Positions 51,756 to 62,082 of a stretch of DNA of 64,000 nucleotides are shown here, one piece after another (the stretch's first letter is position 1; the number at the start of each line of letters is the position of its first letter). The stretch comes from an uncultured Fibrobacteraceae bacterium (GTDB taxonomy: Bacteria > Krumholzibacteriota > Krumholzibacteriia > LZORAL124-64-63): contig CAYWTR010000015.1 of NCBI GenBank assembly GCA_964461255.1, forward strand, positions 6,983 to 70,982. The letters run 5' to 3'. The notes below the pieces were generated by a model that did no database searches, was not told where the DNA came from, and worked only from the letters and a program-made list of their open reading frames with translations. A program made the position numbers and the translations under genes.

Positions 51756-52727
51756 CTACCGGAACGTGCTCTTGACCTGGCCCCAGCTCGAAGGCGTCCC
51801 CGAAACCGGCGCGTCGATGGTGACCAGGGAGGTCCCGCAGCCGCCGGCCGCGTAGCCGTCGATGACCAGGTAGTACACGCCGTCCGCCTCCGCCACGTAG
51901 GTGAACGTCTCGGGGTCGTCCCCGCCCGCCACGCACGAGTTCATGTCGGAGCAGTCGGTCAGCAGATAGATCGCCGCGTCGTAGTTCTCGCCCGTCAGCG
52001 TCACGGCGATGGTCTGCCCGGCGTTGAGGTAGATGCTCCAGACCGCGTCATCGCCGTTGGCCTGGCTGTAGCCGGTGCAGCCGTTGGTCGGGCTGTAGTT
52101 GTTACCACCGCCGCAGGTGTTGACCTGGAATTCCTGCAGGCTCTGATCCTGCAGATCGATCGCGGTCGCGCAGGTGGGATTCGGGTAGGGCACTCCCGCG
52201 GTGATGGTCAGGTTGAAGGCCGGAATGCAGGCGGGCGCCGGCCAGGTGTCGACCATGATGTAGTAGCTGCCCGGAGCGAGCTCCAGGCCCAGGATCTGCC
52301 GCGGCGCGGAGGACGAACCCGTGCGCACGGCGAGGCAGCCGGAGAGCGCCAGCGGGCATTCATCGTCGATCGCGAGGCCGGTCCAGGTCGTGCCCAGCGG
52401 ATCCATGACGATGTCGACGGCCGTCGGCGCGGCGATGTCCAGGCGATAGATGATGTCCTCGCCGCCGTCATAGGAGCCCAGGCAGGTATCGAAGTAATTG
52501 TTGCCCCGCCCGCAGGTGGTCTGGCCCAGATCGCTGAAAGGCAAGCTGTTGATGATGATCGGATTCGTGCAATCGTCCCCGACTGCCCGCGAACCCTCCT
52601 CGGCCGGCGTGACGATGACCGTCGGGCCGTGGTCGGCTTCGGGCTTCTCGGCGGCGTACGCGGCCGCGGCCAGTCCCAAGACGAGCAACGGAAGCAGCGG
52701 CACGATGGATATTCTGGCTGTCCTCAT
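51756..52727 (-). CDS. Secreted tandem PPC-like domain protein ending in SWGQVKSTFR (tandem paralog of 50354-51352)
   Basis: Signal peptide MRTARISIVPLLPLLVLGLAAAAYA. About 75% identity to the downstream paralog in the first domain. The duplication includes the 5-prime leader. Confidence 0.5.
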   Translation of the reverse strand: MRTARISIVPLLPLLVLGLAAAAYAAEKPEADHGPTVIVTPAEEGSRAVGDDCTNPIIINSLPFSDLGQTTCGRGNNYFDTCLGSYDGGEDIIYRLDIAAPTAVDIVMDPLGTTWTGLAIDDECPLALSGCLAVRTGSSSAPRQILGLELAPGSYYIMVDTWPAPACIPAFNLTITAGVPYPNPTCATAIDLQDQSLQEFQVNTCGGGNNYSPTNGCTGYSQANGDDAVWSIYLNAGQTIAVTLTGENYDAAIYLLTDCSDMNSCVAGGDDPETFTYVAEADGVYYLVIDGYAAGGCGTSLVTIDAPVSGTPSSWGQVKSTFR

Positions 52728-53004
52728 GGCGTTGTCCCCTTTTCTGCGATGATGTCATGCCGGGCGCCCGGCGCGCAGCGCCGGACTCTCGCTTCAACGC
52801 AATGCACTGGCACGCAATACCAATACTGCCTGGTCTCGGGCGACCTCCTTCCGTGCGGTACGTCCGCGCTGCACGAACAAAGAACACGCTGGGCGGCGAC
52901 CCCCTCGGTTCGCCGCCGCGTTCGCTTCAGACGGTGATGGGGAAGATTGTACCACACCGGCGGCGAAAAGTCGCGCCTGAACGCAGGCGTCGGCATCCGG
53001 CCGG

Positions 53005-55911
53005 TCAATGGTCCCGCACGGCCGCGACCTGACTGCTGGTGGGGCGTCCGGCCGCGATAAACCCGCACCAATTGGCAGGATGCGCGTCCCTGCCGGCCGC
53101 GCGGCGCGCGACGAGGCTGGCCAGGGAAGCCCTCCTGGCGGCGGACGCGGTGTCCAGGCCTTCCTCCAGCAGCGTTCTGTAGAAGGCCGTCATCCACGCC
53201 AGCGCGCAGTCGTCCGGGACCGGCCACAGGCTCATGACGACCGCTGCCGCCCCCGCGATCTGGAAGGAGCGTCGCAACCCCAGGACCCCTTCTCCACCGG
53301 TCGCCACCCCCAGGCCGCTCTCGCACGCCGACAACACCACCAGGTCCACCCCGGTCAGATCCAGCGACACCACCTCCTCGGCCGTCAGAAGCCCGTCGTC
53401 CGGAGTCCCGTCTGTCGCGGCGGGTGCCGCATAGGCCGGCAGGCCACGATTGGCTCCCGCCAGCGCCAGCCCGCACATCGCCAGCGGGTTGTCCGGGACC
53501 GGCGCTTCGCGGGCGGAGAGCAGGGCGGTCTCCAGCCCGGCGGCGGCGGCGCAAGCCTCATCCCAGAAGAAGCCGTGCGTCGCCAGATGCAGAACGGTCT
53601 TGTCCGGCGCCGCCCCCGCGAACGCGGTCTCGGTGGCCTCGGATCCCAGGAGCAGGGTCGCCGTCCCGCGTGCGCCCGGAACCGTGGACCACATGCGGGC
53701 GATGACCGACGCCTCCTGTCCGCTTCCCGGCAACGGCGAGAAGGGTGAGCCGATCACGCCGTCGCAGGGGCCTCGCCGTCTGTCCTCCCGCGCAGAATCG
53801 GGAACCGGTCCATCGGCAAGCGGCTGGGCGTCGTAATCCGGCTCTCCCAGGACGAGCAGGCCGCCGGCGCCAGGCCTGCCGTCGCCGGGGCGGCCGCCAT
53901 CGCCGCGGCGGGCCGCGCCGTCTCCCGCCATCAGTTCTCGCTCCCCTGTCAAGTAGGTCAGCGGCGGCGCCGTTTCGATCAGATAGCGCATCGGCGATCC
54001 GCGGGCCGGCAGCGCCTCGAAGCCGACCAGGCCCAGGGCACCATCGGGCACCACGAAGACATGGCGCGCGCCCTCCAGACCTGCGGCCAGCGGATCCCAG
54101 ATCCTCGCCCGCAGCGCCTCGCCCGCCCGGCGGCTTCTCGACTCCCGACGCGCGGACTCGCCCAGCCGAGCGGGAGGTCGATAGAGCTCGCGGCGCCAGT
54201 TCGCGACCAGCGTGTCGATCTGCGCGGCCGCGCCCAGGACGAGCAGCGTCATATCCTTCCCGGCGTGTCGACCCAGGAGAAACGCGGCATAGGCCGGCTC
54301 GGACCCGCCATCCTCGCCTTGCCGCCAGAACCGCACATAGGACAGCAGCGCTGCACCGGCGGGCAGCGCCTCCGCCGGCCGCGCGGGGGGCGGCGCGCTC
54401 TCGCCCTCCTCCACCCGCTCGGCCAGCGACCTTTCCAGCGCGTCGCGCTTGCGGCGCAGCGAGACCAGCCTCGCCTGGTAGTCCTCCAGCGACCGGGCGC
54501 CCGACCCGCCGAGGATCGATTCCGCCAGCTCCTTCCGGCAGGCGGCCAGGCGATTGATCAGCTCGCCCTCGCGCCCTAGCCCGCGCACGCGCCGCTGGCG
54601 CGCGGCCATCTCTTCCAGCACGATCGCGCGAGAGATGCGCAGCGCGTCCCAGGCAGCGGCGGCGTCCCGGGGGCGGCCGGTTGCGGCCGCGATGGTCAAG
54701 GCCACGTCCAGGCCCGCCGGGCGCACGGCGCCATAGCGCAGCGCCTCGCGCTGGGACAGTCCGCGCGCCATCGCGCGCAGGTGGCGGCAGCCGATCTGCT
54801 CGACCCGCAGGGCGGTCGCCAACGCGCCGGCGCTGTCGCCCGCCGCCAGTTGGGCGCGCGCCTGGGCGTGCAGGGCCGCGGCCAGCTCCGGATGCCCCGG
54901 CCCGTGCACCCATTCCCGCAATCGAACGGCCTGGAGGCAATGCGCGACCGCAGCCCGCGCGTCGCCCCGCCGCAGCGCCGTCTCGGCCAAGGTCAGCAGC
55001 GGAATGGCCAGTTCCCAGTGCTGCTCGCCCTGAGCCGCCCGCCAGGTCGACAGCGAGGCCTGCCCGGCGGCTTCCGCGTCCTCCGTGCGACCAAGCTCCA
55101 GCAGGCAGCGCGCCACGCTGCTGTGCGACGCTGCGACCTCACGGTGAATCTCGCCCAGCGCCGCCCGACGCTTGTCGCGCGCCGCCTCCAGCAGCGGCAG
55201 CGCCCCGCGCGCGTCTCCGCGCGCCAGCGCGAGGTTGGCCAGGTTGTCCAGCGTGGCGATCGTCTCCGGATGCTTCGCCCCGAGCTGACGCTCGCGGATG
55301 GACAAGGCTCTGGCGTACGAGAGGCGCGCCTCTTCGAAATCACCCAGCTCGTGCAGCAACATGCCGATCTTGTTGGCGGTCTTGCCGACCTCGTGATGCC
55401 CGGCGCCCAGCGCCCGTTCCTGCAGCGCGAGCTTGCGCGCGAAGAGCCGCCGCGCGGCGGTCAGATCCCCGCGGTCCTGCAGCACCGAGGCCAGCTCATC
55501 CAGGGCACGCCCGGTGTCCAGGTGGTCGCCCCCCAGCTCGCGTTCGATGATGGCCAACGACCGCAGCGCCAGCGCCTCCGTTTCCGGTTCGGCCGAGCGT
55601 CCCCGGAGCCGCAGAACCGCGATCATGTGCATCTGCGCAGAGGCGGCGGCGAGCGATCCCTCCCCCTGCTCGCGCTGGGCGCGGGCCAGAACCTCCCAGC
55701 CGGCGGCCTCCGCCTCCTCCAGACGTCCCTGGACCTGCAGCGAGAGCATCCGCTCCAGGCCCGGCAGCAGCGGCAGAGAGGTCGGAACGGGTGCGATGTC
55801 GGCCGCGCGCGTTGCGGCCGCGGCCAGGACGATGAGCAGCGCGGCCGGCAGCAGGATCGCCGCGCCCGGCCTTCGGCATGCCACTGGCGCGGCCCGATCG
55901 CGTCTTGGCAT
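53005..55911 (-). CDS. Exported TPR-repeat plus CHAT-domain protein (caspase-like His/Cys dyad)
   Basis: N-terminal signal/TM (MPRRDRAAPVACRRPGAAILLPAALLIVLAAAATRA). More than 8 TPR units. C-terminal CHAT domain with LHLATHGFF and LVVLSACESG. Confidence 0.7.
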   Translation of the reverse strand: MPRRDRAAPVACRRPGAAILLPAALLIVLAAAATRAADIAPVPTSLPLLPGLERMLSLQVQGRLEEAEAAGWEVLARAQREQGEGSLAAASAQMHMIAVLRLRGRSAEPETEALALRSLAIIERELGGDHLDTGRALDELASVLQDRGDLTAARRLFARKLALQERALGAGHHEVGKTANKIGMLLHELGDFEEARLSYARALSIRERQLGAKHPETIATLDNLANLALARGDARGALPLLEAARDKRRAALGEIHREVAASHSSVARCLLELGRTEDAEAAGQASLSTWRAAQGEQHWELAIPLLTLAETALRRGDARAAVAHCLQAVRLREWVHGPGHPELAAALHAQARAQLAAGDSAGALATALRVEQIGCRHLRAMARGLSQREALRYGAVRPAGLDVALTIAAATGRPRDAAAAWDALRISRAIVLEEMAARQRRVRGLGREGELINRLAACRKELAESILGGSGARSLEDYQARLVSLRRKRDALERSLAERVEEGESAPPPARPAEALPAGAALLSYVRFWRQGEDGGSEPAYAAFLLGRHAGKDMTLLVLGAAAQIDTLVANWRRELYRPPARLGESARRESRSRRAGEALRARIWDPLAAGLEGARHVFVVPDGALGLVGFEALPARGSPMRYLIETAPPLTYLTGERELMAGDGAARRGDGGRPGDGRPGAGGLLVLGEPDYDAQPLADGPVPDSAREDRRRGPCDGVIGSPFSPLPGSGQEASVIARMWSTVPGARGTATLLLGSEATETAFAGAAPDKTVLHLATHGFFWDEACAAAAGLETALLSAREAPVPDNPLAMCGLALAGANRGLPAYAAPAATDGTPDDGLLTAEEVVSLDLTGVDLVVLSACESGLGVATGGEGVLGLRRSFQIAGAAAVVMSLWPVPDDCALAWMTAFYRTLLEEGLDTASAARRASLASLVARRAAGRDAHPANWCGFIAAGRPTSSQVAAVRDH

Positions 55912-56180
55912 CACAGATTGTGATACCAAGGTGAGAACCGCCCGCGACCTGCCTGCATCCCCGGCGGTCACGCCCGCGCCAACGCCGCGGCCGGCGACAA
56001 CCAGGGGCAGCGGCAAGCCAGCAGGGATATCGCGCCATGGCCGCAGCGAGAGGGGCCGCGCGGCCGCGCGCGCGCGCCGGCGAGGCCGCTCGCGCGGGCG
56101 CCGACGGCGCCGTCCGCCCCCGCGACCAGATGGCCGCGGGGGCGGCGACAACCGGCCGGCCTCGCGCCCGCCGGGAGATG

Positions 56181-58148
56181 TCAACGGACCAGCATGATCT
56201 TCTTGGCGTCCAGCTTGCCGTCCGCTTCGAGCTGAGCCAAATAGGCGCCCGAGGCGACGGGGCGGCCGGTCTGATCCAGGCCGTTCCAGTCGACCGCGTG
56301 CTCGCCTGCCGTGAACGCGCCTTCCGCCAGCGTCGCGATCAGCCGCCCGGAAAGGTCGCGCACGACCAGCTGCGCATCTTGCGGGCGGGCCACCGTGAAC
56401 ACGATCCGCGTCTGCGGGTTGAAAGGATTCGGGTGCGCTCCCACCACGCGCGTCAGCAGCGCGGGAGCCGGCACCTCGGCCGTCTGGCTGCTCAGCAGGG
56501 TCCAATCCCCGCCGGCGGCCTGCAGATAGAGCGCGTAGGTGACGGTGGCGCCCGGTTCGGCCTGCGCATCCACCGCCTGGAAGCTGCCCGCGCCGACCTG
56601 CTGGTAAGGCACTTCCCAGCTCGCATCGCCTTGGCTGGCCAACAGCCGGAACACCGGCGCGGCCGCTTCGTCGCCCACGCGCCACGTGATGACGACGCCG
56701 TTCGCGTTGGGCGCTAGGTGGAAGACCGCCAGGTAGTTCGACACCGCGGTGGGGACGATCAGGACGAAGGCCCCCTCGACGACCACGCGCTGCGGATCCT
56801 CGAGTTCGGCCAGATCGCCGTCGCTCAGACCCGCCTGCTCCCGCGCCGCGAGGCTCGCCGGCGGCGCCTGCGGCTCGCGCACGAACGCCGCTCCCGAGGG
56901 GATGTCGACGTTGGCCGTGAAGTAGACGCGCGTGTAGGCGTCGCCGCCGCGATCGCCCAGGGCCAGCGACGCGATGCCGGTGATGTCGGTGATGACGGCG
57001 CCGGCGTCCGGCACCAGGTCGCCGTCGATGTCGACCTCCTGCCCGACCTTGAGCAGGGGCTGGTCGTTGACGAAGAGCGTCTTGGCGGTGCCCGTCGCGG
57101 TCACGACCGGCCAGACGTAGGCGATGTCGCCGTCGGCGTTCATGTAGGCCATGGTGATCCCGCCGGTGACGACGGCGCCGCCGATGTCCATCCCCTCGCG
57201 GTACAGGATCACACCGTCCTTGCAGATGAACTCGTCGATGGCCGTGGACGCGCTGGTGTCGCCGGTGAACATGTAGCTGCCCGATTCCGTGATGCCGGTG
57301 TAGTCGAAGTTCTGCCAGTTCTCGCCCGGCAGGCCGCCGATGGCCTCAGGCACCGGCCGGCCCTCGCCGACGATCGAACCTCCGGCGAAGATGCCCGCTC
57401 CGTCGATCACGATGTAGTTGTTCAGCGAGCTTGTTTCGGTGGTCTCGACCTTGCCTATGTAGTGCGTCCCCAGCGGTGAGAATCGATAGTCGAAGGCGAT
57501 GGTATTGGCGGTCGAAAGCGGCGCCGGGATGTTCGGCAGCGTCATGCCCCCGATCAGCAGCGGCGTGGCGCTGTAACCGTAGAACAGGCCGCGGTTGGAG
57601 GTCGAGCCGGTCTGCGTCGTGCGCACGCCGCCGACGAAGTACGGAATGCCGTCCGCGGTGATGCCGGGCCGGCTGCCGAACGACCACCACAGGCCCGGCG
57701 CGTGCGGATAGACCTCCTGCTCGTTCATGATGGAGACGTCGTTGACCCAGACGCCGTCGAGGCTGGTGGCGCCGCTGTCAAGGTTGGTGGAGAGAGGGCT
57801 GTACGCGGTCAGACCGGCGTCGCTGAAGCCGTAGAACGACTCCCAGGAAGCCTGCGCGTACGACCCGTACGTTCCCTCGGTCCAGAGCACGGCGCCCGGC
57901 CCGCCCGTGGGGCTGCCCCACGAGCGGCTCAGCGTGACGATGCCATCCGAGGTGTCGACCCGGAACGCGTAGCCGCCGGCATGGTTGGCGGCGCCGCCGT
58001 GGATGGAGCTGACGTTGTGGCCGGGCGGCGCGCCGGGCAGCTGATCGCCGTCCTTGAACATCAAGGTCGCGATCTGCCCCTGGCACGGCACGGATGAGGC
58101 GGCGACCAGCAAGGCCGCCGCGGCGAAGAGCATGAACCTCCCGCGCAT
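56181..58148 (-). CDS. Secreted protein of unknown function with T9SS-type C-terminal sorting domain
   Basis: Signal peptide MRGRFMLFAAAALLVAASSVPCQGQ with an AAGGGGG RBS. C-terminus HPNPFNPQTRIVFTV...GAYLAQL...KKIMLVR. Confidence 0.55.
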   Translation of the reverse strand: MRGRFMLFAAAALLVAASSVPCQGQIATLMFKDGDQLPGAPPGHNVSSIHGGAANHAGGYAFRVDTSDGIVTLSRSWGSPTGGPGAVLWTEGTYGSYAQASWESFYGFSDAGLTAYSPLSTNLDSGATSLDGVWVNDVSIMNEQEVYPHAPGLWWSFGSRPGITADGIPYFVGGVRTTQTGSTSNRGLFYGYSATPLLIGGMTLPNIPAPLSTANTIAFDYRFSPLGTHYIGKVETTETSSLNNYIVIDGAGIFAGGSIVGEGRPVPEAIGGLPGENWQNFDYTGITESGSYMFTGDTSASTAIDEFICKDGVILYREGMDIGGAVVTGGITMAYMNADGDIAYVWPVVTATGTAKTLFVNDQPLLKVGQEVDIDGDLVPDAGAVITDITGIASLALGDRGGDAYTRVYFTANVDIPSGAAFVREPQAPPASLAAREQAGLSDGDLAELEDPQRVVVEGAFVLIVPTAVSNYLAVFHLAPNANGVVITWRVGDEAAAPVFRLLASQGDASWEVPYQQVGAGSFQAVDAQAEPGATVTYALYLQAAGGDWTLLSSQTAEVPAPALLTRVVGAHPNPFNPQTRIVFTVARPQDAQLVVRDLSGRLIATLAEGAFTAGEHAVDWNGLDQTGRPVASGAYLAQLEADGKLDAKKIMLVR

Positions 58149-58330
58149 CACGATCCCCCTTTGGTTGTGGCGTGGCGATGTGGTGGGACGTCCAGCCCCG
58201 CAGCAGACGGTGAGCGCCGCCAAGGGCCGGATCCCGGGCATTATAGCACCTCCGTCGGCGGGATTGTAGAGGGATGGCCTGGGGACGGAGGGATCCTGCG
58301 GTGCCGGGGCAGCCCAGGCGTCGGCGCAGC

Positions 58331-59776
58331 TTATCCCCCGCCGAACACCCATGCGGCGAGCAGCATGACCGCCGCGTTGATCAGCAGCAGCATCAATAGG
58401 TTGAGCCACACTCCCGCCGTCGCCATTTGCGGTATCGTCAGGCGGCCGGCGCCGAAGACGATGGCGTTGGGCGGGGTTGCCACCGGCATCATGAAGGCGC
58501 AGCTGGCGGCCAGGGCGACGGGCACGGCCAGCAACACCGGGTCGACGCCCATCGCGACGGCGACGGCCCCCATGATGGGCAGGAAGACGGCCGCGGTGGC
58601 CGTGTTGCTGGTCAGCTCGGTGAGCAGCAGCACCACGGCCGTGGCCGCGGCGGTGGCGCCCAGCAAGGGCAACGCGCTCAGCGCCGTCAATGAGCCCGCG
58701 ATCCAGTCGGCCAGCCCCGAGGCGCTGATGGCCTGCGCCAGCGACAGGCCGCCGCCGAACAGAATCAGCACCGACCACGGCACTTCTTCGGCCTCCGCCC
58801 AGCGCAGCGCCGGCCGCAGGCCGCCGCGCTCGATTGGAATCAGAAACATCAGCAGGGCGCCGGCGATGGCGATGCCTGCGTCGCTCAACCCCGGCAGCGC
58901 CCGCTCCAGCAGCGGCCGCGCGATCCAGCACGCCGCGGTCAAGCCCGTGATGGCGCCGACGGTCCACTCCGCCCGCGAGGCGGGTCCCAGCGCCGCCGCC
59001 GCCCCCTGCAGCGCCTCGCGGCCGCCGGCGATCTCGCCTTCCGGCAGGGGATGCAGCCGGCGCACCAGAATCAGCCACGCCAGCGGCAGCGCGGCCGCGA
59101 CCAACGGCACGCCGACCAGCATCCATTGCGCGAAGCCGATCTCGCGTCCGTAGGTCTCGGACATGAAACCGGCCAGCAGGGCGTTGGGCGGGGTGCCGAT
59201 CAGCGTGCCCAGGCCGCCGATGTTCGCCGCGTACGCCAGGCCAAGCAACAACGCCGGCGCCAGGCGCCGGGCGATCTGCGGCTCCTGTCTTTCCGTCAGC
59301 TCGATGACCGACAGGGCCAGCGGATACATCATCACGACCGTGGCCGTGTTGCTCACCCACATGCTGATCAACGCCGTGGCGACCATCACCCCGCCGACGA
59401 TGCTGGCCGGCCGCGCCCCCACCAGCTTCAGAACAGCGAGCGCCGCCCGCCGGTGCAGTCCGCACGCGGCCAGCGCCCGGGCGATGAGGAATCCGCCCAG
59501 GAACAGGAAGATGATGGGGTTCGCGTACGGCGCCGCGCTGGCCGCGATCGGCTGGACGCCCAGCAGGGGGAAGAGCACCAGCGGCAGCAACGCCGTCGCC
59601 GGGATGGGGATGGCCTCGGTGACCCACCAGACAGCCATCAGCGCGCCTACGGCCGCCGCGCGCGCGGCGGCGGGCGCCATGCCTTGCGCCGGCGGCAGCA
59701 GCAGCAATGCGCAGAACAGCACCGGCCCGAGCGCCAGCCCGACGCGCCTGCGCATACCTGAGCCGCCGCTGGCCAT
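58331..59776 (-). CDS. DASS/SLC13-family divalent anion:Na+ symporter (citrate/sulfate/dicarboxylate type)
   Basis: SNTAT signature (LTSNTATAAVFLPI) and its symmetric counterpart (VSNTATVVMMYP). Multi-TM protein. Start is MASGGSG (59776) or MRRRV (59755). Confidence 0.75.
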   Translation of the reverse strand: MASGGSGMRRRVGLALGPVLFCALLLLPPAQGMAPAAARAAAVGALMAVWWVTEAIPIPATALLPLVLFPLLGVQPIAASAAPYANPIIFLFLGGFLIARALAACGLHRRAALAVLKLVGARPASIVGGVMVATALISMWVSNTATVVMMYPLALSVIELTERQEPQIARRLAPALLLGLAYAANIGGLGTLIGTPPNALLAGFMSETYGREIGFAQWMLVGVPLVAAALPLAWLILVRRLHPLPEGEIAGGREALQGAAAALGPASRAEWTVGAITGLTAACWIARPLLERALPGLSDAGIAIAGALLMFLIPIERGGLRPALRWAEAEEVPWSVLILFGGGLSLAQAISASGLADWIAGSLTALSALPLLGATAAATAVVLLLTELTSNTATAAVFLPIMGAVAVAMGVDPVLLAVPVALAASCAFMMPVATPPNAIVFGAGRLTIPQMATAGVWLNLLMLLLINAAVMLLAAWVFGGG

Positions 59777-59976
59777 GAACCGTGAAACCTCCGCGGCGCG
59801 ACGGTCGATTGTCCTGGCCCCGATCAGCTCCAGCCGATCATCGACGGCGCATCGGCGCGGCCGCCAGATTGCCATTGACGCGCCCGCCTGCCGATGGCCT
59901 GCTGGCGGCGGGGACGCAGACCCAGATCCCCCCTCCCCTATTGGGCCCGGGACATCGTGTACGAGAGGAGAGCGCA

Positions 59977-60669
59977 ATGTCGACAACGAAAAAGGCCGTG
60001 GCGGAATTCATCGGCACGTTCTGGCTTGTGCTCGGCGGTTGCGGAACGGCGGTGCTGGCCGGCGATCACGTCGGCTGGCTCGGCGTTTCCCTGGCCTTCG
60101 GCCTGACCGTGGTGACGATGGCCTACGCCATCGGCCACATCTCGGGCTGCCATCTGAATCCCGCGGTCTCGATCGGCCTGGTCGCCGGTGGTCGCATGCC
60201 GGCAAAGGATCTGCCCGCCTACATCATCGCGCAGGTTCTGGGAGGGATTGCGGCCGCACTGGTGCTCATGATCATGCTGCAGGGCGCGGAGCTGTGGGAC
60301 GCCGCGCGGCAGGCGGGATTCGCCGCCAACGGCTACGCGGAGCACTCGCCGAAGGGATTCGGGCTGGGAGCGGCCTTGCTGGCCGAGCTGGTGCTGACCT
60401 TCATCTTCCTGATCGTGATCCACGGGGCCACGGACCAGCGCGCCCCCGCCGGCTTGGCCGGCCTGGCGATCGGTCTGACCCTGGCCCTGATCCACCTGAT
60501 CTCGATCCCGGTCACGAACACCTCGGTCAACCCCGCGCGCTCGACCAGCCAGGCGCTGTTCGTGGGCGGGTGGGCGATGTCGCAGCTGTGGTTGTTCTGG
60601 ATCGCCCCGATCGCCGGCGCCGTTCTCGGCGGCTTGGTGTACAAGGCGCTGGGCAGGAAGCCTGCCTAG
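59977..60669 (+). CDS. aqpZ: Aquaporin Z (MIP family water channel)
   Basis: Two NPA boxes (HLNPAVS, SVNPARS). Ar/R context typical of AqpZ. GAGGAG RBS before the ATG. Confidence 0.9.
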   Translation: MSTTKKAVAEFIGTFWLVLGGCGTAVLAGDHVGWLGVSLAFGLTVVTMAYAIGHISGCHLNPAVSIGLVAGGRMPAKDLPAYIIAQVLGGIAAALVLMIMLQGAELWDAARQAGFAANGYAEHSPKGFGLGAALLAELVLTFIFLIVIHGATDQRAPAGLAGLAIGLTLALIHLISIPVTNTSVNPARSTSQALFVGGWAMSQLWLFWIAPIAGAVLGGLVYKALGRKPA

Positions 60670-60792
60670 GTTGCGCGGTCAAACAAGCAGCCGCCGCAAC
60701 GTCGCCCGGCCGGCGATCGCTGCGGCGGCTTCCTCATCTCAGGCCGCCGATTTCGGCGGTGTTGCGTCTCGCGACCCTCGCGCGAGGTCCGC

Positions 60793-62082
60793 TCAGTCTA
60801 GCTTGTTCAGCTCGGTGCGGCGGTTCTGCGCGCGCCCCGCGTCGGTATCGTTGGGCGCGATCGGCTTGTCGGGGCCGTAGCCTTTGGCAATGAGCTGCCC
60901 CGCGGGCACGCCCTTGCCCACCAGGAAGTCGCGCACAGCGTCGGCGCGCTCCTGCGACAGCTTGAGGTTCATAGCGCGCCGACCGGTGCTGTCGGTGTGG
61001 CCCGCCACCTCGATCTTGAGTTCCGGATACGCCAGCAGGCTGACGGCCACCCGGTCGAGCACCTCGCGCGACTCCTCCGTCAATTCCGCCTTGCCCACCG
61101 CGAAGTTGACCCCTTCGAGAATCAGGGTCGTCTTCTCCTCCTCGAAGAGCTGCGGGCAGCCCTGCTTGTCGACCTTGGTGCCCGCCGGCGTGCCGGGGCA
61201 CTTGTCCAGGTGGTCGGGCACACCGTCGCCGTCGCTGTCGAGCGGGCAACCGTGCGCATCGACCTTCACGCCCGCCGGCGTGCCGGGGCACTTGTCCAGG
61301 TGGTCGGGCACGCCGTCGCCGTCGCTGTCGAGCGGGCAACCGTGCGCATCGACCTTCACGCCCGCCGGCGTGCCGGGGCACTTGTCCAGGTGGTCGGGCA
61401 CGCCGTCGCCGTCGCTGTCGAGCGGGCAGCCGCGCGCGTCGACGCTCACGCCCGCGGGCGTGTCGGGGCACTCGTCCAGATGGTCGAACACGCCGTCGCC
61501 GTCGCTGTCGAAGTAGCGCGGTCCCGCTCCCAGCATGTAGCTGATTCCAAACTGGACGCCGTAGTCCAGGTGGTTGTCCTTCTCCACGAAGTCGGTGTCC
61601 GCGTACCAGTCGACCGTGCCTTCGAGACGGAACGAGATCTTCTCGTTGGGCCGGTAGCGCAAGCCCAGCAGCGCGCCCGCGCCGTCGCCCGAAGCGTCGG
61701 CGTCGCCGCCGTACTGGGTGTGCGTGTAGCCGGCGCCCAGGAGCAGCCGCGTCTGCTCACCGTAAGGCAGACTGAAGAGCAAGCGGGCATGGATCGGCAG
61801 GACGTTGACCTTCTGCTCGCTGCCGTTGACGGGACGCCCGTCCGTGCGCGTCAGCGAGATGTCTCCCTCCAGGGATACATTGCGCGTGAAGAAATACCCC
61901 ACGCGCGCGCCCGCTCCGGCCCAGTCGTCCAGCCCCAGCGGAGGATCGAAGACCGAGATGCGACCGAACGCGCCAATCTCCAGGACACCGCTATCCTGGG
62001 CCGAAACGGGGAACGACGTCATGGCCACCGCTGCCGCCATGACCACACAGCTGCGCCAGGACCACATCTTGAGCCTGCTCAT
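60793..62082 (-). CDS. OmpA-family outer membrane protein with four thrombospondin type-3 (TSP3) calcium-binding repeats
   Basis: N-terminal beta-rich domain. DSDGDGVPDHLDKCPGTPAG x3 plus a variant. C-terminal OmpA domain (EVAGHTDSTGRRAMNLKLSQERADAV). Confidence 0.8.
   Translation of the reverse strand: MSRLKMWSWRSCVVMAAAVAMTSFPVSAQDSGVLEIGAFGRISVFDPPLGLDDWAGAGARVGYFFTRNVSLEGDISLTRTDGRPVNGSEQKVNVLPIHARLLFSLPYGEQTRLLLGAGYTHTQYGGDADASGDGAGALLGLRYRPNEKISFRLEGTVDWYADTDFVEKDNHLDYGVQFGISYMLGAGPRYFDSDGDGVFDHLDECPDTPAGVSVDARGCPLDSDGDGVPDHLDKCPGTPAGVKVDAHGCPLDSDGDGVPDHLDKCPGTPAGVKVDAHGCPLDSDGDGVPDHLDKCPGTPAGTKVDKQGCPQLFEEEKTTLILEGVNFAVGKAELTEESREVLDRVAVSLLAYPELKIEVAGHTDSTGRRAMNLKLSQERADAVRDFLVGKGVPAGQLIAKGYGPDKPIAPNDTDAGRAQNRRTELNKLD
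61171..61530. repeat. 90-bp tandem DNA repeat, 3 near-identical units plus 1 degenerate, encoding the TSP3 repeats
   Basis: cttgtccaggtggtcgggcac recurs with an exact 90-nt period (61201, 61291, 61381). Units differ by a single nucleotide. Confidence 0.7.
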
